Part shown: positions 60,133 to 64,000 of the stretch, in pieces
Position numbering within the stretch: position 1 is the stretch's first letter
Layout of the letters: each line of letters starts with the position of its first letter
NCBI GenBank assembly: GCA_038087875.1
Contig: JAXLNO010000079.1
Coordinates: 372,001-436,000, forward strand
Origin: Malacoraja senta
Lineage: Eukaryota
DNA: 64,000 bases
Reading direction: 5' to 3'
Made by a program: the position numbers and the translations under genes
The notes under the pieces: model-generated
What the model was told of the DNA's origin: nothing
The model's database searches: none
The model's input: the letters and a program-made list of their open reading frames with translations, nothing else

Positions 60133-60565
60133 TATATCCGTCCAAACTTGTCCTACCATGTACCTGTCCAACTGTTTTTTAAATGTTGGGATAGTCCCTG
60201 CCTCAACTACTTCCTCTGGCAGCTTGTTCCATACACTCACCACCCTTTGTGTGGAAATGTTACCCCTCAGATTCCTATTAAATCTTTTCCCCTTCATAGA
60301 AACATAGAAAATAGGTGCAGGAGTAGGCCATTCGGCCCTTCGAGCCAGCACCGCATTTCAATATGATCGTGGCTGATACCCCGTTCCTGCTTTTTCCCCA
60401 TATCCCTTGATTCCTTTAGCCCCAAGAGCTAAATCTAACTTTTCACATCAAACCTGTCATCTGGTCCTCTGTTCAGCTACTCTGGGCAAGAGACTCTGTG
60501 GATCTACCCTATCTGATTTTATATTCCTCAATAAATCACCCCTCCTGCACTCCAAGGAATATAAA
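60133..60565 (-). mobile_element. CR1 3' fragments (second family with a nested first-family tail at ~60295-60440)
   Basis: QRVVSVWNKLPEEVVEAGTI on the minus strand; catagaaacatagaaaataggtgcagg at 60295. Confidence 0.8.
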
Positions 60566-60784
60566 TTAAAATGATGAGCACATGAAAATAGATCCAATCC
60601 ATTGGATTGAATTGGGAATATCTGTAAATGAATGTTACTCTGATGGTGACATGTTAATTGTGCCAACAGAACAGTGTAATGGAATAAAGAGTCAAACTCT
60701 GGAAGCAGTCGGTTAGACATCAGCCACAAATGGTGACCTGCTGAATGGTTTTAGTATTCTGTTTCAGTTTCAGTTTAGTTTATT

Positions 60785-61412
60785 GCATTTATTTCGAGAG
60801 GGCTTGTGTACAAAAACAGGGATGTAATGCTGAGGCTCTAGAAGGCGCTGGGCAGGCCACATTTGGAATATTGTGAGCAATTTTGGCCACCGTATCTGAG
60901 GAAGGATGTGCTGGCTCTGGAGAAGGTCCAGAGGAGGTTTACAATAATGATCCCAGGAACTAGTAGGTTAACCTATGATGAGCGTTTGTCGGCACTGGGC
61001 CTGTACTCACTGGAGTTTGAGGGAGAATTAGGGGGGCTCATTGAAACATACAGAATAGTGAAAGGCTTAGATAGAGTGGATGTGGAGAGGATGTTTCCAC
61101 TACTGGGAGAGTCGAGGACTAGAGGTCATAGCCTCAGAATTAAAGGACATTCTTTTAGGAAGGAGATGAGGAGGAATTTCTTTAGTCAGAGGGTGGTGAA
61201 TCTGTGGAATTCTTTGCCACAGAAGGCTGCGGAAGCAAAGTCAGTGGATATATTTAAGGCAGAGATAGATAGATTCTTGATTGGTACAGGTGTCAGAGGT
61301 TATGGGGAGAAGGCAGGAGAATGGGGTTAGGAGGAAGATATAGATCAGCCATGATTGGAGTAGACTTGATGGGCCGAATGGCCTATTTTTTAGTCCTATC
61401 ACATGATCTTAT
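60785..61412 (+). mobile_element. CR1 3' fragment (same subfamily as 11885-12647)
   Basis: ORF 60863-61330 EYCEQFWPPYLRKDVLALEKVQRRFT...LWNSLPQKAAEAKSVDIFKAEIDRFL. Confidence 0.9.
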
Positions 61413-61414
61413 AA

Positions 61415-61780
61415 TCTTATTGTCACGTGTACCGAGGTACAGTGAAAAGCTTTTTGTTGCATGCCAACCAATCAGCAGAAAGACATACATTATTACAGTC
61501 GATCCATCTACAGTGTATAGATGCATGATAATAAAATAACGCTTAGTGCATTTTGACTCCTAGGAATTTGAAGTTTTCAACCATCTCTACTTCGGCACCG
61601 TCAATGCAAACTGGGGTATGTGTACCACTTCACTTCCTGAAGTTGATCACTATCTCCTTTGTCTTGCTGACGTTGAGAGAAAGGTTGTTGTCTTAACACC
61701 AGGTCACGAGGTTCTCAATCTCCTTTCTGTACTCCGTTTGATTATTATTTCATATCCGGCCCACAATGGTGGTGTCATCC
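61415..61780 (-). mobile_element. Rex1/Babar LINE remnants (3' tail + RT piece)
   Basis: Minus strand DDTTIVGRI*NNNQTEYRKEIENLVTWC*DNNLSLNVSKTKEIVINFRK...VENFKFLGV; tail ttttcactgtacctcggtacacgtgacaataa (also at ~26330-26395 and ~63010-63075 on +). Confidence 0.8.
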
Positions 61781-63128
61781 TGCATATCTTTCAGATTTCT
61801 TGCATCTGTAGCGTTTTCTCATATTACTATTCGTAGATTGAGATTTGGCAACATTGCAGTATGTTTGTGATGTAACTTTATTCTATGGAAGGAAACAGTG
61901 GTAAAAATTCTGGCTGTTAATTTATCTTTAACTCTGCACTTTATCATTACCCTCCACTGTAACGATCATGACACAAGTGGCTAACTTTCAAATAAAATTA
62001 CAACTACCTGCGAGAGGTAGTTGAGGCAGCGACTATCCCAACATTTAAGAAACAGTCAGACAGGTACATGGATAGGACAGGTTTGGAGGGATATGGACCA
62101 AATGATGGCAGGTGGGACTCGTGTAGCTGGGACATGTTAGCCGGTGTGGGAAAGTTGAGTCGAAGGGCCTGTTTCCACACTGTATCACTCTATGACTACT
62201 GTTTACCTATCAGAATATCACTGAAGGTTCATGGCAAAATAGCAAAATAAGTTTTAAAACTATCAGAAGCTTTGTCTTTATCTCAAGGGGTCTGCAGTAC
62301 AACAGGGTAAGGGTTATAGAACACTAGTTAGACTTTGTAGAAACATGTGTCTAGTTATGTGCAAAGCAGCTCAAGAAAGATATATTCTTCTTGGAGATGT
62401 ACAACAAAAAATTACCAAACCATTGATAGGATTAAATTATTAGGAGAGTTTGCATAAATTAAATGAGTGTTCTCTCAAGTGTAAGGTATGCTCTAATTCC
62501 TTGTGCTCCAAGGAATAAAGTCCTAGACTGCGTCAACCTCTCCCTTGAGTCCTGGCAGCATTCTCATAAATCTTCTCAGCAGTGTTTCCAGTTTAATGAC
62601 ATCCTTCCTATAACAGGGTGACTAAAACTGAACACAATACTCCAAATGCGACCTCGCCAACATGTTGTACAACTGCAACATTACATCCTAACTTCTGTAC
62701 TCAATACCCTGACTGATATGATCAGTGTACTGAAATCCTTCTTGACTGCCTTATCTGCCTGTGACACCACTTTCAGGAAACTACATGCACTCCTAAATCC
62801 CTCTGCTCTGCAACACCTCACAGAGCCCTCATTCAATGTGAAAATTGCAGAGAAGGTAGGGATTAATATTATAAAGAGAATATCTGTGATTTTCCAACCA
62901 ACCTCATTGTAGACGTTGGATTATTTTTCTGTAATTGTAACACTACAATGCTATGACACCATGTTCTGCACTCTGGTATTTTGTGTATTCATGTGTGTAT
63001 GATCTGATTTGACTGGATAGCATGCAAACAAATGTTTCTCACTGTATCTCTGTACACATGACAATAATAAACCAATAGCATTCTGTTAACAGTCCCTAAT
63101 CTGAAACCTAGTTAATGCACTTTCTTAA

Positions 63129-63240
63129 GGGCCTGTCCCACTTGGGCGTCATTTGCGCATCACGCAGATGGCGCGCAAAGATTTTGTACATCCCAAAACC
63201 TGTAAATAATGCACAAATGATGCCCAAGTGGGACAGGTCC
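63129..63240. mobile_element. PIF/Harbinger-like MITE (112 bp)
   Basis: ~30-bp TIR gggcctgtcccacttgggcgtcatttgcgcat / atgcacaaatgatgcccaagtgggacaggtcc; left flank TAA, right flank TTT. Confidence 0.75.
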
Positions 63241-63380
63241 TTTTTGTGCACATGTGGTTAGAAGATCTTCTAATGGCCAATTCTGGATGTTGGATTCCAT
63301 AGGATGAAGTAGATTAGAGCAATAAATCAAACTGTGTTCAGTTAATGATAATATAAAGTGTTTTAAATATATTATCATTT

Positions 63381-63856
63381 ACATAGAAACATAGAAAATA
63401 GGTGCAGGAGGAGGCCATTCGGCCGTTTGAGCCAGCACCGCCATTCATTGTGATCATGGCTGATCGTCCCCAATCAATGCCTGCCTTCTCCCCATATCCC
63501 TTGATTCCACCAGCCCCTAGAGCTCTATCTAACTCTCACTTATATCCATCCAGTGATTTGGCCTCCACTGCCCTCTGTGGCAGGGAATTCCACAAATTCA
63601 CAACTCTCTGGGTGAAAACGTTTTTTCTCACCTCAGTCCTAAATGGTCTCCCTTTAATCTAAGACTGTGGCCCCCTGGTTCTGGACTCGCCCAACATTGG
63701 GAACATTTTTCCTGCATCTAGCCTGTCCAGTCCTTTTATAATTTTATATGTTTCTATAAGATTCCCCCTCATCCTTCTAAACTCCAGTGAATACAAGCCT
63801 AGTCTTTTCAATCTTTCCTCATATGACAGTCCTGCCATCCCAGGGATCAATCTCGT
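63381..63856 (-). mobile_element. CR1 3' fragment
   Basis: [28 protein letters not shown]; tail acatagaaacatagaaaataggtgcagg. Confidence 0.92.
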
Positions 63857-64000
63857 CGCCTATCTGAAGAAGAAATTCCAAAAAAAACGTTGACGATTTG
63901 TACGCTTTTCATCTGGAGGCTTGACTATCTCTACCCCAAATCAGTTCTGATATCTGTTTTGGTAGCAGTGACAAAAGTTGGCAGACTTGCTTTACTCTTT

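Noticed and set aside
60133..64000. Further ECEL1 exons after the gap
   Set aside because: I could not find sequence encoding the expected next segment (VQQLVEDIK...LDWMD-like) on either strand by eye.

Overview
This is vertebrate DNA, not prokaryotic. The HE1-type V-SINEs, CR1 families and Penelope remnants point to a cartilaginous fish, probably a skate or ray (inference). The window holds six coding exons of an ECEL1 (DINE; M13/neprilysin-family metallopeptidase) gene on the + strand: <1-696, 28333-28401, 46197-46307, 51901-51993, 52092-52216 and 59744->59932. The last exon carries a 1-nt frameshift and is cut by a 200-N assembly gap. The introns (27.6 kb, 17.8 kb, 5.6 kb, 98 bp, 7.5 kb) are mostly transposon-derived. 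They contain many CR1 LINE copies (several young and nested), L1, Rex1/Babar and Vingi-like fragments, Penelope-like elements with minimal hammerhead-ribozyme motifs, a full-length Tc1/mariner element, two hAT non-autonomous elements with internal palindromes, a Harbinger-like MITE, a THAP-coding fold-back element, a solo LTR, tRNA-derived SINEs and several tandem arrays. I found no clearly new protein-coding system. The best leads are short TSD-flanked hammerhead-bearing Penelope termini and a satellite derived from them, the double-THAP fold-back next to exon 2, a back-to-back L1/Rex1 junction, inverted young CR1 pairs bracketing frame-symmetric exons, and the frameshift/gap in ECEL1. Repeat boundaries were read by eye and are approximate unless a TSD or TIR is quoted.
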